NCBI GenBank assembly: GCA_963847445.1
Contig: CAWJZV010000007.1
Location: 299,593-363,592, forward strand
DNA: 64,000 nt
Reading direction: 5' to 3'
Origin: an uncultured delta proteobacterium
GTDB lineage: Bacteria; Desulfobacterota; Binatia; UBA9968
Shown here: piece by piece, positions 56,719 to 64,000 of the stretch
Position numbering within the stretch: the stretch's first letter is position 1
Layout: every line of letters starts with the position of its first letter
Position numbers and translations under genes: made by a program
Notes under the pieces: generated by a model
Told to the model about the DNA's origin: nothing
Databases searched by the model: none
The model's input: only the letters and a program-made list of their open reading frames with translations

Positions 56719-58317
56719 ATGAGCAATGTCTTGAACGAAGAAAAACAACAACAAGTAATAGCCCTTGGGCGCCTCGGTTGGTCGCTGCGGCGCATCGAGC
56801 AACAGACCGGTGTGCGCCGTGAGACCGCCAGCGCCTATCTCAAGGCGGCCGGCATCGCCGTTCGCGGTCCAGGTCGCTGGGGACGACGAGGAGCCCAACC
56901 CCAACCCATGAGTCCACCCAGCAATTGGACTGCGGCAAAACCGGCCAATGAGGTGACCACCGACTCTGGAGAAAAAACTCCAGAGAATCCGCAACCTCAC
57001 CCCTCCAACGCATCCACCTCCGCCAGTGCCTGCGAACCGTATCGCGAGACCATCGAGCTCGGACTAAACCGCGGCCGCAACGCCATGGCCATCTGGCAGG
57101 ACCTGGTTGATCAGCACGGCTATAGCGGCGGCTATCAAACGGTCAACCGCTTCGTCCGTAAACTGCGTGGCGCTCACTCGCCTCAAGCCGTCGGAATCAT
57201 TCTGACCGCACCTGGAGAAGAAGCCCAGGTCGATTACGGCACCGGTCCCATGGTGCGCGACGAGAAGAGCGGCAAGTACCGGCGCACCCGGCTGTTCGTG
57301 ATGACCCTGGGCTACAGCCGCAAGTCGGTCCGCCTGCTGGTCTTTCGCTCCAGTTCTCAGACCTGGGCCGAGCTCCACGAGAAAGCCTTTCGCCGGCTCG
57401 GCGGCAGCCCGCGCGTGGTGGTGCTCGACAATTTGCGCGAGGGCGTGCTGGCCGCCGACATCTACGAGCCCACGCTCAATCCGCTGTACCACGATGTGCT
57501 TTCCCACTACGGCGTGGTGGCTATGCCGTGCCGAGTCCGAGACCCTGATCGAAAAGGTAAAGTCGAGTCAGGGGTCGGACACGCCCAGAAAACCCCGCTC
57601 AAGGGTCAGCGCTTCGAGAGCTTGGAGGAGGCTCAAGCCTATCTCGATCACTGGGAACAACGCTGGGCCGATACCCGCATCCACGGCACCACCAAACGCC
57701 AAGTGGCAGTCATGTTCGCCGAGGAAAAGCCGTTCTTACAGCCTTGCCGATCGAACCGTTTCGCTATTACCAGTACGGCGAGCGGGTCGTCCATCTCGAC
57801 GGCTGTGTCGAAGTCGAGCGCGCTTACTACGGCTTACCGCCGGGCTGGATCGGCCGACAGGTCAAAGTCCAATGGGATGCTCTTCACGTGCGCATCCTCG
57901 ATCCCCAGCAATTATCAGCTCTTGCGCGAACACCTGCGCCAGTTCCCAGGCAACTACCGCATCAACGAGGAGGACCGCTCCAACAAAACTCCGCTCACCA
58001 CCGTGCAACTGTTGGCCCGAGCCGCCAAGGCCGGCACCCACATCGGTCAGCTCTGCCAGGCGATCTTTCGCAACGAAGCCGAGCTCGGCATTCGCCGCAT
58101 TCTGGGGGTTGTGGCGCTAGCCAAAAAACACGGCGTGGCCGCCGTCGACGATGCCTGCGCTGCGGCTCTCGATCTCGGGGTGGAGAACTACCGCTTTGTG
58201 CGCCGCTATCTGGAACGCCACCCCCAGCTCTCGCTGCGCCATGTCGATCCGCTGATCCGTGAACTGACCGAATACCGCGATCTGATCAACCTCAAAACCA
58301 AGGAGCAATCAAAATGA
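56719..58317 (+). CDS. istA: IS21 transposase IstA (two compensating frameshifts near 57745 and 57905)
   Basis: N-terminal HTH, PGEEAQVDYG, VLDNLREGV, KGKVESGV, R.HGTT. Confidence 0.92.
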   Translation: MSNVLNEEKQQQVIALGRLGWSLRRIEQQTGVRRETASAYLKAAGIAVRGPGRWGRRGAQPQPMSPPSNWTAAKPANEVTTDSGEKTPENPQPHPSNASTSASACEPYRETIELGLNRGRNAMAIWQDLVDQHGYSGGYQTVNRFVRKLRGAHSPQAVGIILTAPGEEAQVDYGTGPMVRDEKSGKYRRTRLFVMTLGYSRKSVRLLVFRSSSQTWAELHEKAFRRLGGSPRVVVLDNLREGVLAADIYEPTLNPLYHDVLSHYGVVAMPCRVRDPDRKGKVESGVGHAQKTPLKGQRFESLEEAQAYLDHWEQRWADTRIHGTTKRQVAVMFAEEKPFLQPCRSNRFAITSTASGSSISTAVSKSSALTTAYRRAGSADRSKSNGMLFTCASSIPSNYQLLREHLRQFPGNYRINEEDRSNKTPLTTVQLLARAAKAGTHIGQLCQAIFRNEAELGIRRILGVVALAKKHGVAAVDDACAAALDLGVENYRFVRRYLERHPQLSLRHVDPLIRELTEYRDLINLKTKEQSK

Positions 58318-59070
58318 ATCTGATTGAACTCAACCGTGCCTTGAAACAACTACGCCTGGGCGGTATCGCCGCCGTGCTGGAGACCCGTTTACTCCAGGCC
58401 CAGGCCCAATCGATGGCGCCCATCGATCTGGTCTCCTGTCTGATCTCCGATGAACTTTCCCGCAGAACCAACCGCTTGCTCGAGCGCCGACAAAAGCAAG
58501 CGCAGTTTCGTGATCCACAGAAGACCCTGGAGAATTTTGACTTTAGCTTCAACAAAAAGCTCAATCGCTCTCTGGTCTTCGATCTGGCTACGGCTGGCTT
58601 CATCGCTAAACATGAAGATGCACTTTTTTTAGGTCCACCCGGCACCGGCAAGAGCCACTTGGCCCAGGCCATCGGTCTGGCCGCCATCCAACAGGGCTAC
58701 CGCGTGCTCTACCGTGAGACCCATACCCTGCTTGACGAGATCGCCGAAGCGACCATCGACGGCTCGCGCAAACAGCACATGGAACTGTCTGGCCACCGTG
58801 CCGCTGCTCATCATCGATGATCTCGGTATGCGCAAGCTCCCGTCCACCGCGGCCGAGGACCTCCTGGAGATCGTCATGCGCCGCTATGAGCGGGCCAGCA
58901 CTCTGATGACGTCGAACCGTCCGGTCGAAGATTGGGGAAAGCTACTCGGTGACAGCGCCGCGGTCTCCGCCATGCTCGATCGCTTGCTGCATCACGGTCA
59001 CGTCCTAAAATGCGGCCCGCGCAGTTGGAGAACCAAAATGGACTTGCTTGACCAGGAGGCAAAAGGCTAA
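58314..59070 (+). CDS. istB: IS21 ATPase IstB (frameshift near 58790)
   Basis: LE.FDFSFN, GPPGTGKSHLA, LLIIDDLG, TSNRP..DW, AMLDRLLHH. Confidence 0.93.
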
Positions 59071-59235
59071 AACTAACCCTGTCTCGGACGCCTCTCCGTT
59101 GGCCGGTTTTGGCGGTGATCATCAATGGCCGGTTTTGAAGTGATCATTGAGGCAGGGATCGGAGTCTTCTGCGCGTTGGTAGTGATCGCGGCAATGCTGT
59201 TTTGTTTTTCTCGGTGCGTAAGGTACAAGCAGTGA

Positions 59236-59279
59236 TACTGGCATAGATAGAATAGGCCTATCTATACCAAGTATATTTT
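59236..59279 (+). terminator. Hairpin immediately after the small-peptide stop codon
   Basis: TACTGGCATAGATAG-N7-CTATCTATACCAAGTA followed by TATTTT. Confidence 0.5.
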
Positions 59280-59492
59280 GGAGTTTCTCATTAGCAACTT
59301 TTCTCTTACTGTTTGGCTAACTTGAAATGGCCGGGGCGCCACGGAATTTGTTCCCGCATCGGTGCGCCAGAGCGGTGGCTTTCGGGAGAGAATTTTACCG
59401 GCTTGAAAGCGCGATGCGAGGTAAGCAAGATTCAATTAATAAGGATTGCTGGGGATGCGGATTCGCTGCTGGACAACCGAGAGCTTTTTGAC

Positions 59493-59912
59493 TCAAGAGA
59501 CGGTCAGGCGCTTTAATATCGAGTCGTTGCCAATGATGTGAAATTCCATGTAGTCGATCAATCCGCGAGCGACAACAAAATAACGCTGCAACTGTTCGGC
59601 AGAGGATTGTTGCACCGGCGCGGGGCTATTTGTCGCGCGAAAAGATTGAACCTCTTGGACTAAACCGCGCAACGCCGGCGGCAATACGTCCCACACGCCG
59701 GTTGTCTGGCAAATCGACACTAGATTCTGATGGTCGAGCTGCCGGGGCACGCTACCGTGATTCTCGACGAGTGCGGCTTTAATGGCTTTTTCAACGGCTT
59801 CTGCCAATTTGTCGAACTGCGCTGGGTTGGTTTTTCGGTCTGGAGTGTTGTCCGACACTAATTTGATATGGTCGCGTGCTTCGCGCAACCACGGCTCCGC
59901 AAATAATCCCAT
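59493..59912 (-). CDS. Stand-alone HEPN-like domain protein
   Basis: WLREARDHI..., EAVEKAIKAAL....G.VP...H.NL..; AGGAGG SD. Confidence 0.6.
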   Translation of the reverse strand: MGLFAEPWLREARDHIKLVSDNTPDRKTNPAQFDKLAEAVEKAIKAALVENHGSVPRQLDHQNLVSICQTTGVWDVLPPALRGLVQEVQSFRATNSPAPVQQSSAEQLQRYFVVARGLIDYMEFHIIGNDSILKRLTVS

Positions 59913-60118
59913 TAACGCCTCCTAGAACGATCGACAAGTGGGTATGATAGGGTCCAAGCAAATATTTTACAAGTAATTGTTTACCTAGCCTTCGCCATAA
60001 ACAGAGCTTCAACGGGACAAGGAATGGTGCTGAGTCAGATCCGTCGCTGATGACCGCAGGACATTGACGATCTAAGATAAATTGGAGCGTTTCTGGTCAT
60101 TCAAAGATTGCGTGCCTC

Positions 60119-60153
60119 AAAAAAAAGCCCCCGAGCTTTCGCTCAGGGGCTTT
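60119..60153 (-). terminator. Rho-independent terminator of the aldolase gene
   Basis: Minus strand AAAGCCCCTGAGC-gaaa-GCTCGGGGGCTTTTTTTT. Confidence 0.85.
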
Positions 60154-60173
60154 AATTTCGTTACTGTTTATCG

Positions 60174-61133
60174 CTATGCCGCGGAGCGTGATCGTGTGGC
60201 CTCCACTAACGGGCGGTATTTCTTGTTAAGTTCCATCCAGTGGGCCGCACGCTTATGTGCTTTGTCGAGCTCGGCTTCGGGGAAGGTGACAAAGGGAACT
60301 CGGGTCGGTCCGACTTTACAGTAGTCCGCGAATTCCGCCGGCCGCTTGTTTCCCGCTCCCGGGACCGGTTTGCCGGCACCGACGCCGCCTAAGTCATCGA
60401 TTACCTCGATCATCTTGGCCACGTCCCCTTTGCGAGCTTGTTCCAAGAGGTAGAGGACCGGCCATGGCCCCATCCACACTTCAGTGGACCAGCAACCGGC
60501 CGCGCCCATGGCGTAGTAGGGGTAGAGCTGCGTCTGATTGACGAACACGCTAATCTTTCCTCGGACAATCTTTTGTAAATTCATGAAGGCTTGAGTGGTG
60601 CGATGGCTGTCTTTCATGCCGATGATGTTCGATTTCTTAACCAGTTCCTTAAAAGCCGTTACCGGAATCGTGAACTTATGATTGCCCGGGTTGTGATAAA
60701 TCACGATGTTCAATGTCGGGAAAAGGTCGGCGATGTCATGATAGAACTTCACTGCGTCTTGGACATGCAAGGTTTCGTAATAAGGTACGCCTAGTAAAAC
60801 ACCTTCCGCTCCCAGCTCTTTCACAAAGTTCATTTTCTGGATGACTTCGCGGGGATTGGGGCTGGTTACGCCGATAAACAGAGGCACGCGTTTTTTAACC
60901 GCATCGACGGTGGCAACGGCCAAGGTCTTAAATTCATCGAACAGTAAGTTGTAGCATTCGCCATAGGTGCCGGTGGTGGCGATATTGTTGACTCCGTCTT
61001 TGATGATCTTGTCGACGCCTTCTTTCAAGTTGTCCACTGCAATGGTTTGCGTGGCGCGTATATCGGTCGCATCCGCCGTAGCGAAGGCGGGCATCATGCC
61101 CAATACACCGTTGAGCTCGCTGGCTGTGATCAT
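60174..61133 (-). CDS. DHDPS/NAL-family aldolase, NahE/PhdJ-like hydratase-aldolase subgroup
   Basis: TTGTYGEC, RVPLFIG, IYHNP, Schiff-base GMKDS; AGGAGG SD. Confidence 0.8.
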   Translation of the reverse strand: MITASELNGVLGMMPAFATADATDIRATQTIAVDNLKEGVDKIIKDGVNNIATTGTYGECYNLLFDEFKTLAVATVDAVKKRVPLFIGVTSPNPREVIQKMNFVKELGAEGVLLGVPYYETLHVQDAVKFYHDIADLFPTLNIVIYHNPGNHKFTIPVTAFKELVKKSNIIGMKDSHRTTQAFMNLQKIVRGKISVFVNQTQLYPYYAMGAAGCWSTEVWMGPWPVLYLLEQARKGDVAKMIEVIDDLGGVGAGKPVPGAGNKRPAEFADYCKVGPTRVPFVTFPEAELDKAHKRAAHWMELNKKYRPLVEATRSRSAA

Positions 61134-61286
61134 GGTATTACCTCCTGAGACCTATTTTAGATTAACGTATTTGCGGCGACATGTTTGTGCAGCCGCGTCC
61201 TGGGCACTTTCTGCCTTGTTAACAGTTCTCTAAACGAGTTGTCAAACGACTTGCGCCAACACGCTTCGCTATAACCGAGGAAAGAA

Positions 61287-61362
<76 letters not shown>

Positions 61363-61382
61363 TTATCTGTGAAATCAACAAC

Positions 61383-61712
61383 TTACCCCTCGTGCTTAGT
61401 GGGGGCAGAAACAGGTGTTGCGAATAGTGTTGTGCAATGATTGGCAATCTTCTCGACGGCTTCCGATTATGATTTGGGCTCAAGTGCGCGTATCGTTGTA
61501 ACATCTCAAGCTCTTTCCACCTCTGAACCTCTCTGGATCGTTCGCAAATCCACTCCAGCCATCACTAATCGGCTGGCAAATGTATGGCGTAGGACATGAG
61601 CAGTGACGCCGGCTAACTTAACATGCCTGCAGGTAGTTTTAAACGCTGAGCGGATGCTTTCGTAGGGTGAGCCGTCTGGCTTCGAAAATACGTATTCACT
61701 TCGATTCTTGTA
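61383..61712 (-). pseudogene. C-terminal remnant of a tyrosine integrase
   Basis: Manual translation: EYVFSKPDGSPY.SIRSAF..TC..VKL.GVTAHVLRHTFASRLVMAGVDLRTIQ / WKELEMLQRYAHLSPNH / AVEKIA (HxLRH and catalytic Tyr), frameshifted. Confidence 0.85.
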
Positions 61713-61873
61713 GAAGTTTGACCTCCTTGACGCATTTGGTCCCCAATACTTGCACGGGGCGACCCAGGCGCTCTTGAAGGTTCGCTGTTCTCGCTGTGCG
61801 AGTATTCCCAGGCATCACATCTACGGCATAGCTAGTTCACTTGAGAGGAAGTGGCAGCAAAATCCCTTACAGT

Positions 61874-61888
61874 TGGTCTGAAAATTGC
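61874..61888 (+). promoter_or_regulatory. Putative sigma54 promoter
   Basis: TGGTCTGAAAATTGC = GG-N10-GC with TTGC, just upstream of the ATG at 61905. Confidence 0.55.
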
Positions 61889-61904
61889 CTGCTGTGGTCC
61901 CATT

Positions 61905-62321
61905 ATGACACTTTTAAACTCTACGCGATTTGATTACAACGAACAGAATATAGCGGGGATGTTTCAGCCCGACCCGATAACCCCGTACGATTATCTTAGG
62001 ACTGCGCGGCGAACGGTGCACTTGGAACCGGAGAAACATCTGATGCATGCGATTCTGGAGGAAGCGATTAAGACATTTCGATTGCATGTCTCGACCGAAT
62101 CCGCGCGCGAACGCAGGCTTTTTCTAGACGCGCAACTCTGGATTATGGCGCGCAACGACGATTGGTTATTTTCGTTCGAGAATATATGCGAGGTCCTGGG
62201 TTTAGATCCCGATTTCGTCCGCAGTGGATTAGCTCGTTGGAAAGAACAGCATGTTGACCCTGCGCTGGTGCGGAAGACGGCACGTCGCCACAGAGCTGTG
62301 GTAAGGCCTGCTTCACCATAG
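61905..62321 (+). CDS. Conserved hypothetical helical protein, paralogue of 6108-6540
   Basis: FQPDPITPYDY..HLEPEKHLMHAILEEAI..LFLDAQLWI....DWLFSFENICEVLGLDPDFVRSGLARW; start codon uncertain. Confidence 0.8.
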   Translation: MTLLNSTRFDYNEQNIAGMFQPDPITPYDYLRTARRTVHLEPEKHLMHAILEEAIKTFRLHVSTESARERRLFLDAQLWIMARNDDWLFSFENICEVLGLDPDFVRSGLARWKEQHVDPALVRKTARRHRAVVRPASP

Positions 62322-62376
62322 GGTATAGCTCATAGACTTGATTCAGCGATAGTCTTTTGATTATCTACATTCCGCA

Positions 62377-62394
62377 CGTCCCAAAATTGGGACG
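62377..62394. promoter_or_regulatory. Palindromic putative bEBP UAS
   Basis: CGTCCCAA-aa-TTGGGACG; weaker copy CGTCCTGTAAATGAGACA at about 62408. Confidence 0.55.
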
Positions 62395-62465
62395 GCGGTA
62401 ATTCAAACGTCCTGTAAATGAGACAGAGCGTTAGGTAAAGTCGTTATAAATTGCCGTCTCACTTT

Positions 62466-62480
62466 TGGCACGTGGATTGC
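62466..62480 (+). promoter_or_regulatory. Consensus sigma54 promoter
   Basis: TGGCACGTGGATTGC, a perfect TGGCAC-N5-TTGC. Confidence 0.85.
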
Positions 62481-62519
62481 CCCCTGAGACCCTACTACTA
62501 ATAGATACAGGAGAGGGTT

Positions 62520-63878
62520 ATGCAAGGTAATATTCTTGTTGCCGAAGATGAATTGTTGCCCAGAAAAAATATCTGCCGGGTTCTTGAAGAAGAGGGATAT
62601 CAGATTCATGAAGCCGCCGACGGGAACGCGGCGATAGAAGCAGTCGACAAAAATGATTTGGATTTGATTCTCCTGGATTTAAAGATGCCGGGCGCCGACG
62701 GCATGGCGGTGCTCAAGCATGTGCGACAAGCGTCGCCACAGACCTTGGTACTGATCATGACTGCTTACGCGACCGTCGAGACTTCGGTTGAGGCGCTTCG
62801 CCTAGGAGCGCAGGATTATATCCTTAAACCAATCGTGCTCGATGGGGTGGTGAAGAAAGTGCGCAATTTGATGGAGAATAAGCGGCTTGCTTGGGAAATC
62901 CAAACCCTGCGTCGACAACTCACCCGTGACTTCGAGAGCACCGAATTGATCGGAAATAGCCTCACCACTAAGGAAATTCTCGAGGTGATTCAAAAAGTGG
63001 CGCCGACCAACTCGACTGTTTTGATTAGTGGCGAGAGTGGCGTCGGGAAAGAGGTGGTGGCTCGCACCATTCATAAGCAAAGCACGCGCAGCGACAAAAC
63101 TTTTCTGGCGGTTAACTGCAGCGCGATCCCGGAAACCCTGCTGGAAAGCCAACTCTTTGGTCACGTTAAAGGTGCTTTTACCGGTGCCTCGAATTATCAG
63201 GAGGGCTTATTTCAGCGCGCCAACGGTGGAACTATTTTCTTAGATGAGATCGGCGAGATGCCGCTCATTTTGCAGCCGAAAATTCTGCGCGCCATTGAAG
63301 AAAGAGCGGTAACACCGATCGGCGCGGCCAAGCCCCTACCAGTCGATGTGCGGATCATTGCCGCGACCAACCGGACGCTAAAGCAAGAAGTGGACGAAGG
63401 AAAGTTTCGCGGCGACTTATATTACCGCTTGAACGTCATTCACCTTGATGTCCCGCCGCTGCGTGAGCGGCGTGAAGACATCCCGCTGCTGGTCGAACAC
63501 TTCATCCGGCGCCAGAATAGCGAGCTCAAGAAAAATTACCAGGGCGTGGAAAGCAGTGCGTTGAAGGTCCTCATGTCACTGCCATGGAAAGGAAACATTC
63601 GCGATCTCAACAACGTGCTCGAGCGCGCCATGATTCTCGGCAATGGAGACTGGATCACGGTCAAAGATCTGCCGCGTTGGGAAGTGCCCGAGGTGGATGC
63701 CGACCACGCTGTCGGTCACGGCCATGATCTCAGGCGAACGGTTCGCGCATTTGAAAAAAGTCATATTGAAAATGTTCTGAAGGAAACCGACGGGGACCGG
63801 ACCCAGACCGCTGAATTGCTCGGCCTGAGCCGCTCGTCCCTATATCGCAAACTCGAAGCGTTAGGGATACAATCTTGA
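62520..63878 (+). CDS. NtrC/AtoC-family sigma54-dependent response regulator
   Basis: Intact REC (EDE, LLDLKMPG, TAY, KP), GESGVGKE, GAFTGA, HTH. Confidence 0.95.
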   Translation: MQGNILVAEDELLPRKNICRVLEEEGYQIHEAADGNAAIEAVDKNDLDLILLDLKMPGADGMAVLKHVRQASPQTLVLIMTAYATVETSVEALRLGAQDYILKPIVLDGVVKKVRNLMENKRLAWEIQTLRRQLTRDFESTELIGNSLTTKEILEVIQKVAPTNSTVLISGESGVGKEVVARTIHKQSTRSDKTFLAVNCSAIPETLLESQLFGHVKGAFTGASNYQEGLFQRANGGTIFLDEIGEMPLILQPKILRAIEERAVTPIGAAKPLPVDVRIIAATNRTLKQEVDEGKFRGDLYYRLNVIHLDVPPLRERREDIPLLVEHFIRRQNSELKKNYQGVESSALKVLMSLPWKGNIRDLNNVLERAMILGNGDWITVKDLPRWEVPEVDADHAVGHGHDLRRTVRAFEKSHIENVLKETDGDRTQTAELLGLSRSSLYRKLEALGIQS

Positions 63879-64000
63879 ATCTGCATAGCGGAGATTTTTT
63901 TCATCCATCTCGCTTGAGTTGTGCGAGAGACGGTCATCGCCGGGAAGACCTCTCCGGCGACTGGTAAAAAACAACATCATTGCATGAGCCACCCCCGGCA

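Larger units (their letters stand above)
56610..59152 (+). mobile_element. IS21-family insertion sequence
   Basis: istA-istB pair; ends CCTCGGCGGTCAC.. / ..GTGATCATTGAGG, each with two copies of CAAAACCGGCCA in inverted orientation. Confidence 0.93.
56591..59235 (+). pseudogene. Small hydrophobic peptide gene (33 codons) interrupted by the IS21 element
   Basis: AGGAGG-N5-ATG at 56591; removing 56610-59152 gives MNPGPLAGIGVFCALVVIAAMLFCFSRCVRYKQ-stop. Confidence 0.55.

Noticed and set aside
59280-59490. Possible structured ncRNA (CGCATCG ... CGATGCG pairing)
   Set aside because: Only short complementarity and no recognisable family; needs an Infernal/Rfam or covariation search

Overview
Bacterial chromosomal segment around the replication origin (dnaA-oriC-dnaN at about 22.7-25.4 kb). 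The gene content is Deltaproteobacteria-like: split atp operon, recO-ppdK, a pilB-pilC-pilS/R-pilA locus, many orphan NMT1/SsuA-type and TctC-type binding proteins and several sigma54 activators. It resembles Binatota (Candidatus Binatia) genomes, but that is inference only. Many genes, including dnaA and dnaK, carry single-base frameshifts that look like long-read assembly errors, so I joined the fragments. Left arm: a TTT transporter, an accessory sigma54-controlled cassette (porin, tandem Zn-hydrolase-like lipoprotein, pseudo-receiver activator, unknown helical protein, DUF5985 pair), msrA and aromatic/aldehyde catabolic genes. Middle: hemL, atpZ/I/B/E, gmhA, DegT, HD hydrolase, divergent archease, larB, thiL, lon, grpE-dnaK-dnaJ, recO, ppdK. 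Right arm: a type IV pilus locus, a YfhO-like GT-C gene, an IS21 element, a HEPN protein, a NahE-like aldolase, tRNA-Thr(CGT) with an integrase remnant at its 5' side, and an NtrC-type regulator. Main highlights: (1) PilS and PilR are collapsed into one membrane-anchored sigma54 activator with neither kinase nor receiver domain, directly upstream of a sigma54-driven pilA; (2) a sigma54 regulon with shared upstream sites built on pseudo-receivers, including two paralogues of an uncharacterised family, each with its own GG-N10-GC promoter next to an activator gene; (3) a hidden 33-codon membrane peptide with a sequestered ribosome-binding site, recovered by removing the IS21 in silico.
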